NCBI RefSeq assembly: GCF_001194135.2
Contig: NC_069001.1
Coordinates: forward strand, 15,864,423 to 15,928,422
From: Octopus bimaculoides
Taxonomy: Eukaryota
Reading direction: 5' to 3'
DNA: 64,000 nucleotides
Of this stretch, positions 50,938 through 64,000 are shown in pieces (position 1 is the stretch's first letter; every line of letters begins with the position of its first letter). Below the pieces are notes generated by a model that did not search any database, was not told the origin of the DNA, and worked only from the letters and a program-made list of their open reading frames with translations. A program made the translations under genes and the position numbers.

Positions 50938-53900
50938 ATAAAAATAATAATAATAATAAATGTTTTGTCTTCTTTTACATCCTCTTCTGTTTTTATAAGG
51001 GGTTATTCACAATGTTAGACATATGGACTAATTAACTTTCAGTACTAACCCTTTCTGTGAAGGAATCAAGTTTAATTGGTTCTGTGCATTTGGCACTTGA
51101 GACACAGGAGCCAAGTCAACTCATTGTTTATAGTTGGGTACTTTCTGGGATTCTCTACATTTCATATGATGTAGTTTACACATTTTGTTTTTACTGGTCA
51201 TAAAGTTAAGATTTCTGTGGGTAATACAGAGAAGCCATACTCACAGACATGTATCAATAGATTTGAGTGTGTATGCTATGTTGTGTGTGTTTGTGAAGAG
51301 ATGATGTTAATGTAGTAATTTTTAAAGTTTGTAATGTATTCACTAAGAAAATAGAGGGAAGAAACGATGTTTTGTTTCAATAGTTAGTTACAAGAAATCA
51401 ATTATAAAAATGAAAAGTGGGTGGCAGCAAAATATTACAAAATTAAATGGTGGACTTCAAAGTAGTTAAAGCTATATTAAGTGTGTAAATATTGGGTTGA
51501 AAAACCCTTTGGATAGAAATGAAAATCAAAAGCTGCTTCTGGGACTTGAACCCTCATCTTCTGTAAACAAATGGATGTTCTACTATTGTACCAAAACAAA
51601 ACTGACATTCTCACTTCATTTTAGAAGCTTGGTTCCACTCAGTGAGGACTGTATGTTAACTCAATATTTACATGCTAATATTCATAGCCATTATCTAAGG
51701 TGGTGAGTTGGTAGAATTGTTAGCACATTGGGCAAAATGCTTAGTGGCATTTCGTCTGTCTTTATGGTCTGAGTGCAAATTCCACACTGCCTTTGTCTTT
51801 CATCCATTAGAGGTTGATAAAATAAGTACCAGCTGAGCACTGGGGTCGATGTAATCACCTTAGCCTCCTTCCCTGAAATTGTTGGTCTTGTGGCAAACAT
51901 TTGAAATCAACATTTATAGGTTTTATATACTTTGAGTTCCGTTGTTAAAAATAAATTATTTCACATCTCACAAAGTTTCTAAATTCTAATTACATAAATA
52001 ATATATTTTCTATTATAATTACATCCGTGTGTATACTTGGAAAGCCAACATAAAATAGATGGATGAAAATATAGAAGTATAAAGACAGGCAAACAATAAC
52101 AGGTGTTAGGAATGTATTTATTTAAAAAGTTGTCTTACACCTGTTATTATTTATCAGTCTTTCTACCTTCATACCTGCCTGATTTTTTTGTTCTTTTAGC
52201 TGACTTTTCTGCCTCTAGACTACCTAACCTTGATGAAGAAGTTAGAGTTTAACCCATTAGCATTCAGATTCCTCTGTCAAATGTAATGCTTATTTATACA
52301 CTTTGTTTTGTATTAATCATAGATTATCTCACAGCTTTGAGATTTTGATGATGTAATTGTTTATATTTAGAAAGACATTGTAAAGTAGATATGAAATGCC
52401 AGATCTAGCCAGTTAGAACATTAAACAGGTAGAATGTCTGAGCCAGATGTGGTTAGTTTAAGTGCTATAGAAGTTAAGGTTCTGCTCTTTCTCAGCACTA
52501 CTTGGTGATTATCTGTACCATGCTTAAACAACAATTGTAATGAGTATTTGAAGAAACCTAAAAGCTAATTGGTATTTTAAAATCATCTCATCAATTCACA
52601 ATAAATAAATCATCCAGATTGCTTGATTATCAAGCTATGATGACTGAACTGTTTTGGCTTTCCAAACATTTAGCTGTATGAATATTAACGATTTTTCAAA
52701 AAAGGGGGGACCCAACCCTTTCAATAGCAATCTCCATAAAATCACTGTCCCAATAAAAGTGTTTAAATTTAAATCCAAAATCTTGGCATAAAGATTGTCA
52801 TTATTCTATGAAAGAGATAAGATTTCAATATGACAGTTTTTTTTCTTCTTATGATGAAAGTTAGAGTTATTTGACGAAAACCCTCTCGCAATTTTGGATT
52901 ATTCTAAAAATTACAAAATTAAAGAGTAAAATAAATTTATGAATATGGTTTAAAAATAATATACATAGAAATAGGTGCAGCCATGGCCGTGTGGTTAAGA
53001 AGATTGCTTTGCAACCATATAGTCTCAGGTTCAGTCTCACTACATAGCACCTTGGGTGTCTTTTGTTATAATCCCATGTTGACCAAAGCCTTGTGAGTGG
53101 ATCTGGTAAAAAGAAACTGAAAGAATCCTGTTGTGTAGGTGTGTGTGTACCTTTGTCTAGACAATTATTATACAAGCGAAGTTATAATTTCCAGTCTTCC
53201 ATGGAAAACATATCTGGCTATGAGACAGTATTACCTTGATTGTAAACAGGTGAGAGTTGGTGATAGGAATGGTATCCAACCATAGAAAATTTGCCTCACC
53301 AAATTCTGCCTGACTTGTGCAAACATGGAAAAGTGGACATTAAATTATGATGAAAATATTTTCTATTTGTCAAAGCTACTTACTTTAATAAAAGGTAAGT
53401 GATCTTTGAAACAAAAACCAAAGTGTGTCAAAGGCAGTGGTTCTGAACCAGGATCCATATATAAAATTTTTGGGGATCCATATAAGAAAAATAGTAAATT
53501 AGGTCCACAAGATTATTTTATGGGTCCATGAGAAAATTTTTGCTCTAGATGTATTTATTGTAAGAATAATCTAGGTTTCTTTCTCTGTTTTACACAGTTC
53601 AGCCTACATAAGTGAATGTGTGAAAAAACAAAATAGGAATTTTGAAAGAAGTATCAATGAAATTAGTTTTTAAACACTGAATGGCTATAGGGATCCACAA
53701 GAATAAAATTGGAATGAAAGAGGTCCACAGATAAAAAAAATGGCTGAGAACCACTTGTCTAAGGCTAAAGAAAGATGACTGGTCAAAAGTAAAACATAAA
53801 AATATTCTAATAAAAATTAATGAATCACTCTCCCACCTCAACTATAAAGTAATTGATCGGTAATATTGAGGAGTTTAAAAGGAAAAAAAATTAAACAGAA

Positions 53901-54271
53901 AATGAGGGGGAGGACACATCCTTGGCATTACTGATTCAATACTGACTTGATATCAGACGTTTTAATGTTTTTCTTATTCTCTTCCTCTCTCTCTTTTTAT
54001 GAGTGAGGATCTAGTTAGGGTTGTATGACTGTGTAATCTTTCTCTTGTTTTCTCACTTCCTGTGTGTGTATTTGTGTGTACCCCCAGCACCAGAAAGTGT
54101 TGTCACCAAAACAGTGAGACATGCCAAATCTTCAGCTGTCCAAACAACTGCATCTAATAATCTCATTCCATGCTCTATCAGAAGTTAAAGAAACTCATAC
54201 TTCTTAAAAATGGAATTTTTTTAAAACATTTTTATTATTAATAGTTTCAAATATTCAAAATGTCTTTCTAC

Positions 54272-54302
<31 letters not shown>

Positions 54303-55027
54303 AATTAATGAAAGAATTGGTAAAAATAAAATTTTTTTCATCAATTTTTATCAAATATTGAAGCACATCAGACATAAAAAGAAAATTAAATAAAATAAAT
54401 TCAAATAGAGAAATATAATTATTTACAATAAAACTTAAAAACATTGTTGTCTTTTTTACTTAATCTGGAGATTCAATTAGGAAGAAAATCTTTTTTTTTC
54501 TTATTTTCTTGGCTTTGTAACATGTTTAAAGGAAAGAAGGGTNNNNNNNNNNNNNNNNNNNNNNNNNNNNNNNNNNNNNNNNNNNNNNNNNNNNNNNNNN
54601 NNNNNNNNNNNNNNNNNNNNNNNNNNNNNNNNNNNNNNNNNNNNNNNNNNNNNNNNNNNNNNNNNNNNNNNNNNNNNNNNNNNNNNNNNNNNNNNNNNNN
54701 NNNNNNNNNNNNNNNNNNNNNNNNNNNNNNNNNNNNNNNNNNNNNNNNNNNNNNNNNNNNNNNNNNNNNNNNNNNATCAAAGATTAATATAATGGAAAAA
54801 AAAAATTCTTTTTATTCCTCTCAAAATCGATATTTATACATTTATACACATGATATTTACATATTAGGTGCAGATGTGGCTGTGTGGTTAAGTTTAGTTT
54901 CAAACCACATAGTTTTGGGTTCAGTCCCACTGTGTGGCACTTTGGGCAAGTATCTTCTATAGCTCCAGACTAAGTAAAGCCTTGTGATTAGATTTGGTAG
55001 ATGGAAACTGAGAGAAGCTCATTGTAC

Positions 55028-55082
<55 letters not shown>

Positions 55083-57852
55083 ACTTGCCAGAGGCGCCAA
55101 GTAAGTATATAGTAGAAGACAACTTGTGTGGAACCTTGGACAACTGTCTTCTACAATAGTCTTGGGCTGACCAAAGCCTTGTTAGTGAATTTGGGAGGCA
55201 GAAGTCCCATCATGTGTATATGTATGTGTGTGAAAGTGCTTGCACTTCCTTTGATAGATAGGAGGGAATGTGTGCATGTGTGTGTATGTGAGTGAGAGAG
55301 AGTGTATATTTGTGTCTCCTTGTCTTGGCATGTCTGGCAAAGGGAAAATATAATCCTGCTTGGAAGCAGATGAGAACTGGCAATAAGAAAGGCATCCAGC
55401 TATAGAAAATCTGCCTCAATAAACTCTGAGCCATGCAAACATGCAAACGCGAATGTCAAAATGACGACAATAACACATGGCCAAATAAAGCAAAGTTGTG
55501 AACTCTCTTAAAACAGTACAGTTGCCAGCTATTGTCATTCATGAGTGAGTAGAGCTTTGTAATATATAGTATGTTTTTGTTAATTGTTTTAAGTGCCTAT
55601 GTAGTCAGGAGTAGCAGACATGGACAGCTTCTTGACTTTTCTGTCCATCGACTAAGTAGAACCTTGAAGATGTGACAGCTGGAGGTATGAGGGCAGTACC
55701 AGTACCCAGGTGGTACTCATGACAGCTGAGTAGACTGGGGCAACATGAAATGAAGTACATTACTCAAGAACACACAACACAATGGCCTGGTCCAGGAAAT
55801 GAACCCATGACATTATGATAGGGAACTGAACCATCTAACCATTAGGCTACAGATTTTATAAATGTAAAAACAAGAATGAATTAAAAACAAAAATCAATCA
55901 ATAAATAAACATAAATAAATATGGAATGCATTTGTTGTAAACTAACTCATCATCAACAGTGCTGAAAATATATTTCAGCATTTCTTTCAATCAATCAAAT
56001 TTCAAATAAATTGAACTTTCAAAAAATAAGAGAAAACTTGCACTTGCAAACTGTTACTAAGCATATTTAAAATTACAATAGTTATTGTTTCAAATCATAT
56101 AATCCCCACTGTTTAAAAACAAAACTGTATCAACCTGACTATCAAATGTTGTTATACACTGCTGATCACAATGTGCTTCTTCATTTTGTTGTAGCTTTTG
56201 AATTATGCTACCCCACTGGCTAGATGGACAGGCCGACATTCCCTCTGAACAGGACAACAGTCTCAGGGTTACCCATTTGTAGCTGAGTGAACTGGAGCAA
56301 CATGAAATGTTTTTCTCAAGGACACAACTCACCACCAGTCTGGAAATTGAAACCATGATCTAGTGATTGAGAGAGGAGCACCCTCACTACTATATCAACA
56401 TGCCTTCACACACATACACACAAACACATATATGAATGATGAAAATTTTTCTTAAATTAAAAATTACAAATTATATAAAATAACATTTCTTTTTTTAATG
56501 TGAAAAAGCAGATTAACACAGACATGCAAACCTGAAGACAAGAAATCTTTTTCCATGAAAAAACTTTTTTTTAAAACAATAATTTTTAATTTAAGAAAAT
56601 CTTTTTTTCAAATATTGTAATTGTATTGAGAAATTTTTCTAAAAATGTATGTGTGTGTAATAAGAAATTTGCTCCCCAACCATCTGGTTCTGGGTTCAGT
56701 CCCACTTGGCACCTTGGGTAAAGTATCTTCTACTATAGCCTTGGCTCAAAACCGAAAGACTGGGGCAAGTTATTACATCATATTTTGTATGTGAAAGAAT
56801 TCCAAATCTGCAAACAGGAAGTTTTCAATCATTTTCTGACAGCAATGAGACTTTGTTGTCTATTTGGAGAATGGAAGGACAAAATATTGTTTGTAACATT
56901 AGGCACAGGTGTAGCTATGTGGTAAGAAGCTTGCTTCCCAACCACATGGTTTTGGGTTCAGTTCCACTATGTGGCATCTGGGGCAAGTATCTTCTACTAT
57001 AGCCTCGGGCTGACCAAAGCCTTTTGAGTGATTTTGCAGACGGAGACTGAAAGAAGTCCGTCATATACATATACATGTATATATTTATATGTGTGTGTCT
57101 TTGTGTCTGTGTTTGTCCCCCCACCATTGCTTGACAACTGATGCTGGTGTGTTTATGTCCCCATAACTTAGCAGTTCGGCAAAAAAGACCGATAGGATAA
57201 ATACTAGGCTTACACAGAATAAGTCCTGGGGTCAATTTCTTTGACTAAAACCCTTTAAAGTGGTGCTCCAGCATGGTCGCAGTCAAATAATTGAGTGAAA
57301 AACCATCTTGGTTATAATGGTATTAAATATAACTACACTAAATAAGAATATAACATAAGTGGGATGGGGAGAAAACTGTGTTGGAAACAAAAGATCAGAC
57401 CTACATTAAGGGCTAAGTCCTGTATTAGAACAAAACTTGATGCAGAATGTTGAGTAAGTTTATCTATTAAGAATTTAACCCATTACCTACCAGTGATCTC
57501 ATATGAGAACACTTAAAAATTACAAATTTCGTAATTATCTGTCAAAATTTACACATATCTAACCTTTTTGCTATATCTACTAGGTATATTTCTCTGATAT
57601 TCAAATGAGGTTTGCTAATTTTTCACCCAATATCTCGCTTATTTCTATTTAAAATGTTATTTTGAAATGTTATTTTGATCATTTCATCAAAGTTTCATAA
57701 AAAAATTCCAGTTAATAGAATTGTGGGAGGTAATGGGTTAACAGGTGGCTTTATCAGTTTTACAGGGTGCTGAGATAGACATAGACATAGATATAGATGG
57801 ACAGATAAAGATACATAGACTGAAAGACAGTTAGATAAACAGACAATGATAG

Positions 57853-57884
<32 letters not shown>

Positions 57885-57897
<13 letters not shown>

Positions 57898-58085
57898 GGA
57901 GAATGTACGAAAAAAAACAACAACAGACGAGGACAGGTGGTGTAAACAACAAAAGGATGTATTAGTATGACACTCAGGAATACAGAAAGTCTTTAACGTT
58001 TCGAGCTACGCTCTTCAACAGAAAGAATACGGAGAAAACAAGGAGAAAAACACGGAGAAAAAAAATTGAATGGTGTTTGGTCAAC
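57885..58085 (-). mobile_element. Penelope-like terminal-repeat fragment
   Basis: Minus strand contains CTGTTGAAGAGCGTAGCTCGAAACGTTAAAGA, the GAAGAG..CTCGAAACGT pattern of PLE ends, abutting a (TA)n tract. Confidence 0.55.
57990..58026 (-). ncRNA. Minimal hammerhead-like motif with variant core
   Basis: TCTTT-CTGTTGA-A-GAGC-GTA-GCTC-GAAAC-GTT-AAAGA: perfect 5-bp stem I, 4-bp stem II, palindromic AACGTT stem III, but A6 is U. Confidence 0.45.
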
Positions 58086-58457
58086 GCTCTATCATGGCTT
58101 ATATATTTTGCTTAGGCATTGCAAGACTAATAACCTGGTTTAGAACTCAATATACATATGTTTTAAAACAAAGTGTTAGATGAGTATAGAGCAGTAATAA
58201 GAAAAAGATGAGATAGGAAAAACAAAGGTTATATAATGAACATGTTATGAAGTTCATAACATAAACATTGTTTTTCCAGTGTCATCTCTGTTTCTTCTCT
58301 GAGTGGTTGGCGTTAGGAAGGGCATCCAGCTGTAGAAACTCTGCCAAATTAGATTGGAGCCTGGTGTTGCCATCCGGTTTCACCAGTCCTCAGTCAAATC
58401 GTCCAACCCATGCTAGCATGGAAAGCGGACGGTAAACGATGATGATGATGATGATGA

Positions 58458-58491
<34 letters not shown>

Positions 58492-58636
58492 TTAGGGAAA
58501 AGAACCAAGGTTCATGAACTCATCAAAGAAAATCCACAGTCACACATACTGTGAAACTTAATTTAATTTTAAGTTTTAATAAATTGATTTTAATTAAGTT
58601 TTTACCTGTAATTTTGGATTTTATCCCTAATATTAT

Positions 58637-58685
<49 letters not shown>

Positions 58686-58991
58686 ACCATGGGTAGAGGC
58701 ATGGCTGCATGGTTTGCAATCCACTACACAGAACTTTGGGAAAGTCTTCCATGATAAACTTAGGTTAAGCAATAGCTTCTATGTGGAAGATGGTAGTTAT
58801 AAATTGTACAAACAACTTTGCTGGTGTGTATGTGTGTTTGTGTATATATAGGGATGGTGTTTTTATATATGAGTGTAAAGTTCTTGTGGGAGGTGACTCC
58901 TTAAAGGGAAATATTTCAATAAGTGAACTCAGCCATTTGATAAATAGGAAAATGAATAAAATGAGTACCAGACTAAGTGCCAAGGTTGATT

Positions 58992-58997
58992 TTTATT
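58992..58997 (-). terminator. Candidate katanin polyadenylation signal AATAAA
   Basis: AATAAA on - about 270 nt after the stop codon; usage not demonstrated. Confidence 0.35.
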
Positions 58998-59265
58998 GAA
59001 ATAACAACAACCGGTGCCCCAGTATGGCAGCAATCTAATGGCTGAAACCAATGAAGGAATAAAATAGCATAAAACAAGGAGATATGTATAATTATTGAAT
59101 TGTTGAGAAATGGCAAGGTTTCTTTAGAATTTAAACAACGGAAATGAACAGAGACAGAGAATGGAATAAACCACCATCCTGAGAAGAATTGTCTTGTAGA
59201 AAATAAAAAATGAAAAAAATAAAAAAAGCAGCACAGATGATAATGATGATGATTATGATGGTGGC

Positions 59266-59464
59266 TTATACAGAGCCATATTCCTTCATCCAGTTTTCAT
59301 ATCGCTTCAGATCATCTTGAGAAACACTTTTGCTAACTTTTTTAATAGCTTCTTCAAAGTCTGCCATACTTGATGGTAGTTCCAGTTCTTCTTTTGGAAT
59401 GTTCCGGATCTGCTCCGAAGTCAAGCCAGCAATGCGGCGTCTGAAGGACATCATAGCAGCATCT
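59266..59464 (-). CDS. KATNA1: Katanin p60 ATPase subunit A1, last exon
   Basis: TATAG acceptor, phase 2. (R)DAAMMSFRRRIAGLTSEQIRNIPKEELELPSSMADFEEAIKKVSKSVSQDDLKRYENWMKEYGSV* is the Vps4_C-type katanin C-terminus. Confidence 0.95.
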
Positions 59465-60524
59465 CTATAGATAAAAATAAATAAAAAAAAAGGTTGTGAA
59501 AGTTAAAATGATTTAGGACTTAGGTCTGTCATGAGCCCTAGGACTTTTAATCCTACAGTGGCTAAATTAATAATATGAGGTAAAGTAAACTATTTGTAGA
59601 GTGGTTGGCATTAGGAAGGACCTTAAGCCATAGAAACCATGCTAAAGGAGACAATAGATCTTGGTGCCGTCCTCTAGTTTGCTAGCTCCTACCAAACCAT
59701 CTAATCCATGCAAGTATGGAAAAGAGACGTTAAATAAAGATGATGAAAATAGGGGGCTTATAGAGGTAGTCTGAGAATTAGGTTGTTTCTTCATATTGCT
59801 GCACAAAGCAATGAAGGGGTGTTGCTTAGAAGTAAAGGGCAATTTTTGTAATATGCTGAAGTTATCTGTTAGAATTGGTAGTAGACAGTTGGTTATGCCA
59901 GCCAGCTCTGTAGCTGTATTTTGTTGTCTACCATGGATCACTAATCCATCATAAAGCCCAGTTCCTGCTACGGTATGGTATTGGCCCTACTTAAACCCAT
60001 TTTTTCTCCTGAGAGGAGATGGTCCATACTAGTCTGGCCTTTTTCCTTTGACCCATCCAGCATGGAAGGCCCTACCAGGGGTTTGCACTCCACTGGCAAA
60101 GCTCTCTGGGCCATTGAGGCAAATGCACCACCAGTTAAGTCATCTTCCAAACACAAAGAGACGTTAAATAAAGATGATGAAAATAGGGGGCTTAGAGAGG
60201 TAGTCTGAGAATTAGGTTGTTTCTTCATATTGCTGCACAAAGCAATGAAGGGGTGTTGCTTAGAAGTAAAGGGCAATTTACCACCAGTTAAGTCATCTTC
60301 CAAACACAAAACATCAGTGACATATTAAAGGCACCTGTGCCAGGAACATGTGGAAGGCTCCTGGTACACTCTGTAACGGGGTTGGCATTAGGAAGGGCAT
60401 TCAGCTGTAGAAACCAGGCCAAAACAAGTTGGAGCCGGGTGCAGTTCTCCAGCTTACCAGTTCGAGCGAAACTGTCCAACCCATGCCAGCATGGAAAACA
60501 GATGCTAAATGATGATGGTGTAGC

Positions 60525-60664
60525 AAGTAGCTTGCCTACCAACCACATGGTTCCGGGTTCAGTCCCACTGCGTGGCACCTTGGGCAAGTGTCTTCTACTA
60601 TAGCCTCGGGCCGACCAAAGCCTTGTGAGTGGATTTGGTAGACGGAAACTGAAAGAAGCCCATC

Positions 60665-60698
<34 letters not shown>

Positions 60699-60907
60699 TT
60701 GTGTGTCTGTCTTTGTCCCCTCACCATCGCTTGACAACTGATGCTGGTGTGTTTACGTCCCCGTAACTTAGCGGTTCAGCAAAAGAAACCGATAGAATAA
60801 GTACTAGGCTTACAAAGAATAAGTCCTGGGGTCGATTTGTTCGACTAAAGGTGGTGCTCCAGCATGGCCGCAGTCAAATGACTGAAACAAGTAAAAGAGT
60901 AAAAGAG
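60525..60907 (+). mobile_element. Near-complete young family-B SINE in a katanin intron
   Basis: CpG-intact copy with internal (TA)/(TG) tract and AAGAGTAAAAGAG end. Similar to 56905-57290 and 48066-48412. Confidence 0.9.
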
Positions 60908-60918
60908 ATGTAATTTTA

Positions 60919-61065
<147 letters not shown>

Positions 61066-62486
61066 ANNNNNNNNNNNNNNNNNNNNNNNNNNNNNNNNNN
61101 NNNNNNNNNNNNNNNNNNNNNNNNNNNNNNNNNNNNNNNNNNNNNNNNNNNNNNNNNNNNNNNNNNNNNNNNNNNNNNNNNNNNNNNNNNNNNNNNNNNN
61201 NNNNNNNNNNNNNNNNNNNNNNNNNNNNNNNNNNNNTATGCACTATAGTTTATATGTAATAATAGCATGTGTAAGGACTTTTGAGCGAGATCGTTGCCAG
61301 TGCCCCTGGACTGGCTCTTGTGCGGGTGGCACATAAAATACACCATTTTGAGCGTGGCCATTGCCAGTACTGCCTGACTGGCCTTCGTGCCGGTGGCACA
61401 TAAAAGCACCCACTACACTCTTGGAGTGGTTAGCGTTAGGAAGGGCATCCAGCTGTAGAAACTCTGCCAAATCAGATTGGAGCCTGGTGTAGCCATCTGG
61501 TTTCACCAGTCCTCAGTCAAATCGTCCAACCCATGCTAGCATGGAAAGCGGACGTTAAATGACGATGATGATGATGATGATGAATAACTACTGCAGTAGT
61601 GCTTTAGAATGGATGTGTATTTTCTATTAAAAATTATTTAATCCAACAGGGTATATAAAGGAATTTCTTAAGCCCTTCCACAGACTTCTCTAGTGCCAAT
61701 GGCAGTATAAAATATATCCAACAACATTGTAAAGTGGCTGGCGATAGAAAGGGTATCCAGCTGTAAAAACTATGGCACAACTATGAAGACTAATGACTTT
61801 CTCTGTTACTGTGTTTGCTTGGTGATGAAGTACTACAAATGGTAAGATGCTCTGAGATCCATCTAACCCATACAGGCAAGGAAATATATAAAAAAAAAAA
61901 GTGAGTGGGGATATAAATGATGACGATATTGGAACTGTGCTACCTTTGCAGGCCTTCCTAAACTAGTGAGGGCAGTATAGAGAGAATAGTAGATTCCATC
62001 AAACACCAAGAAATAAAAGATAACAGGAGATTCAGAGGAATGCAGTATTAGTAGCCAAGTCTATAAAAGTACAATGAAAAGTTTGGATATTTAACAAAAA
62101 GTTGAACATAATAGTATGTATAAATGTATTTAATACTTAAGATAAGATGAATATAACAATATGTATAATGTATTTTCTGGAATACAAATTGAATTTCTCA
62201 GATCAAAATTTACAGCCAAAAAAAATGTAGGTTGACTTATGTACCAAGGCAACTTTGCATTCAGAGTTCAAATCCTGGTGTGGCCTATTTGGATGGAAGA
62301 CTCGTGTCATTGCTCAGTTTAACACCACAACTTGGCCCCTGGGTACCTTCACTTCCCTCCCTACCTCACACTAGTCTCAGAAACCCTATAAAGGTTCATG
62401 GACACCACCTTCTTACTTGATGAAATACAAAAAAAAAAAAAGAGAGAGAGAGAGAACCAAAATAAAAGAAAATAAAACGATTTTTA

Positions 62487-62711
<225 letters not shown>

Positions 62712-64000
62712 TTATATGAAATTTTGAAAACAAAAGCTCTGCTAAAAAAATATATTTAACATTCAAACTCAGAGTAGTGGCAGAAAAGTTTTACGTAAAG
62801 ATGCAGGTATGGCTGCATTGTTAAGATGCACACTTTGCGACTATGTGGTTTGGAGCTCAGTCTTGCTGCATGACACCTTGGCCAAAGTGTCTTCTGCTTC
62901 AGCCCTGGATCAACAAATGCCTTGTGAATGAATTTGGTAGATAGAAACTGTACAAGGATTGTGGTATGTATGACATCATTCATCATCATTTAATGCCCGT
63001 TTTCCATGCTTGCATGGGTTGGACAGTTTGACAGGAGCTGGTAAGGTCAGGGGTTGCAGCAGGCTCCATTGTCAGGTTTGGGTTAATTTCTACAGCTGGA
63101 TGCCCTTCTTAATGCCAACCACTTTATAAAGTGAACTGGTGCTTTTTACATGACACCATATATATATATATATATATATATCTCAGCATCATTTAGTTTC
63201 ATGCTGGGTTGAGCAGTTTGACAGAATCTGATAGGCCCAGTGTCTGCATTGTATTCCAGTGTTTGTTTTTGGCATGGTTTCTATAGCTTGATTCCCTTCT
63301 TAATGCTAATCACTTTACAATATGCAGCTCACAAGATTATGAAATTTGAGGGATTGGCCGGGGATTTTATGTAAGGAAATGGGAAGGAGACAAGCAGGTT
63401 CTTGTTGTATAGAAGCTACATGACTACTCACATTTAGAAGAAAGGTTAAGAATGCTCAATAGGAGCTGCAAGTCCACATGGATCCCCAAAGTGAACAGAA
63501 GTGAATGAGGTCAAGGAACTAGGAGTATGGATGGATGGGAGTTTGCAAGAGTGTACGGGGGAGGAGAGGTAGGTAGCAAACTCTGTGTGTGTGTGAATAT
63601 TTATCTTTATGTATTTGTATGAATATTTATGTTTATCACACACAAAGACAAAGGATTAAACAGAAGAGGAGACACATGGGATGGAGAGTCATTGAAGAGG
63701 TCATAAGACATGTGACAAAAGATTTCGGACAAAGGACACTAAAATAAGAATAATAAATAAAGCTGAAGTGTAGAATAAATATATAGTGCATGGGGATAAA
63801 TGGCAAAAAAAAAATTTTTTAAATGGCCAACTTGAAATATAGAAATTTGAATATTTACATTCTGTACTATTTCCCCAAAATTGCGAGGCTATAGGTCCTG
63901 TCCATGTAAATATGGACAGTGGCACCACTTAATAAATCATCTTGTAGCTCACCAGCTACAAACCCTGTAGTAGCTCTGTGCTTTCAAAGATAAGAAAATG

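Noticed and set aside
54088-54188. Possible + terminal exon PESVVTKTVRHAKSSAVQTTASNNLIPCSIRS*
   Set aside because: No homology and no compatible upstream exon; the acceptor context is microsatellite-like.
59945-60130. LINE 5' UTR-like sequence as an HDV-like ribozyme
   Set aside because: I could not build the nested double pseudoknot by hand; it needs a covariance-model search.

Overview
AT-rich, gapped animal genomic scaffold. The repeat landscape (tRNA-headed SINEs, RTE tails, TA/CA microsatellites) points to a coleoid cephalopod, probably Octopus; this taxon call is an inference. Three minus-strand genes can be spliced by hand. (1) The first two coding exons of ODR4 (14323-14418, 2320-2487). 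(2) A double-hotdog, acyl-ACP-thioesterase-like gene (26880-27655, 29470-29570, first exon uncertain) whose catalytic DxNxHxNN motif is degenerate. (3) The last three exons of katanin p60 (62525-62662, 60935-61061, 59266-59464). The rest is mostly transposon debris: a decayed Tx1/L1-clade LINE, a mariner remnant, a ~2 kb long-TIR element, hAT/piggyBac/Tc-mariner-type MITEs, RTE fragments and dozens of SINEs. The most interesting observations are two Penelope-type minimal hammerhead ribozyme motifs (one behind a tRNA-like Pol III head, one with a non-canonical CUGUUGA core), the probable pseudo-thioesterase, a SINE that has a LINE-like 3' tail in place of its usual one, and promoter-like CpG-retaining domains, one of which may hide a divergent gene in an N gap. 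Most ORFs in the supplied track are spurious (repeats, microsatellites, Ns).
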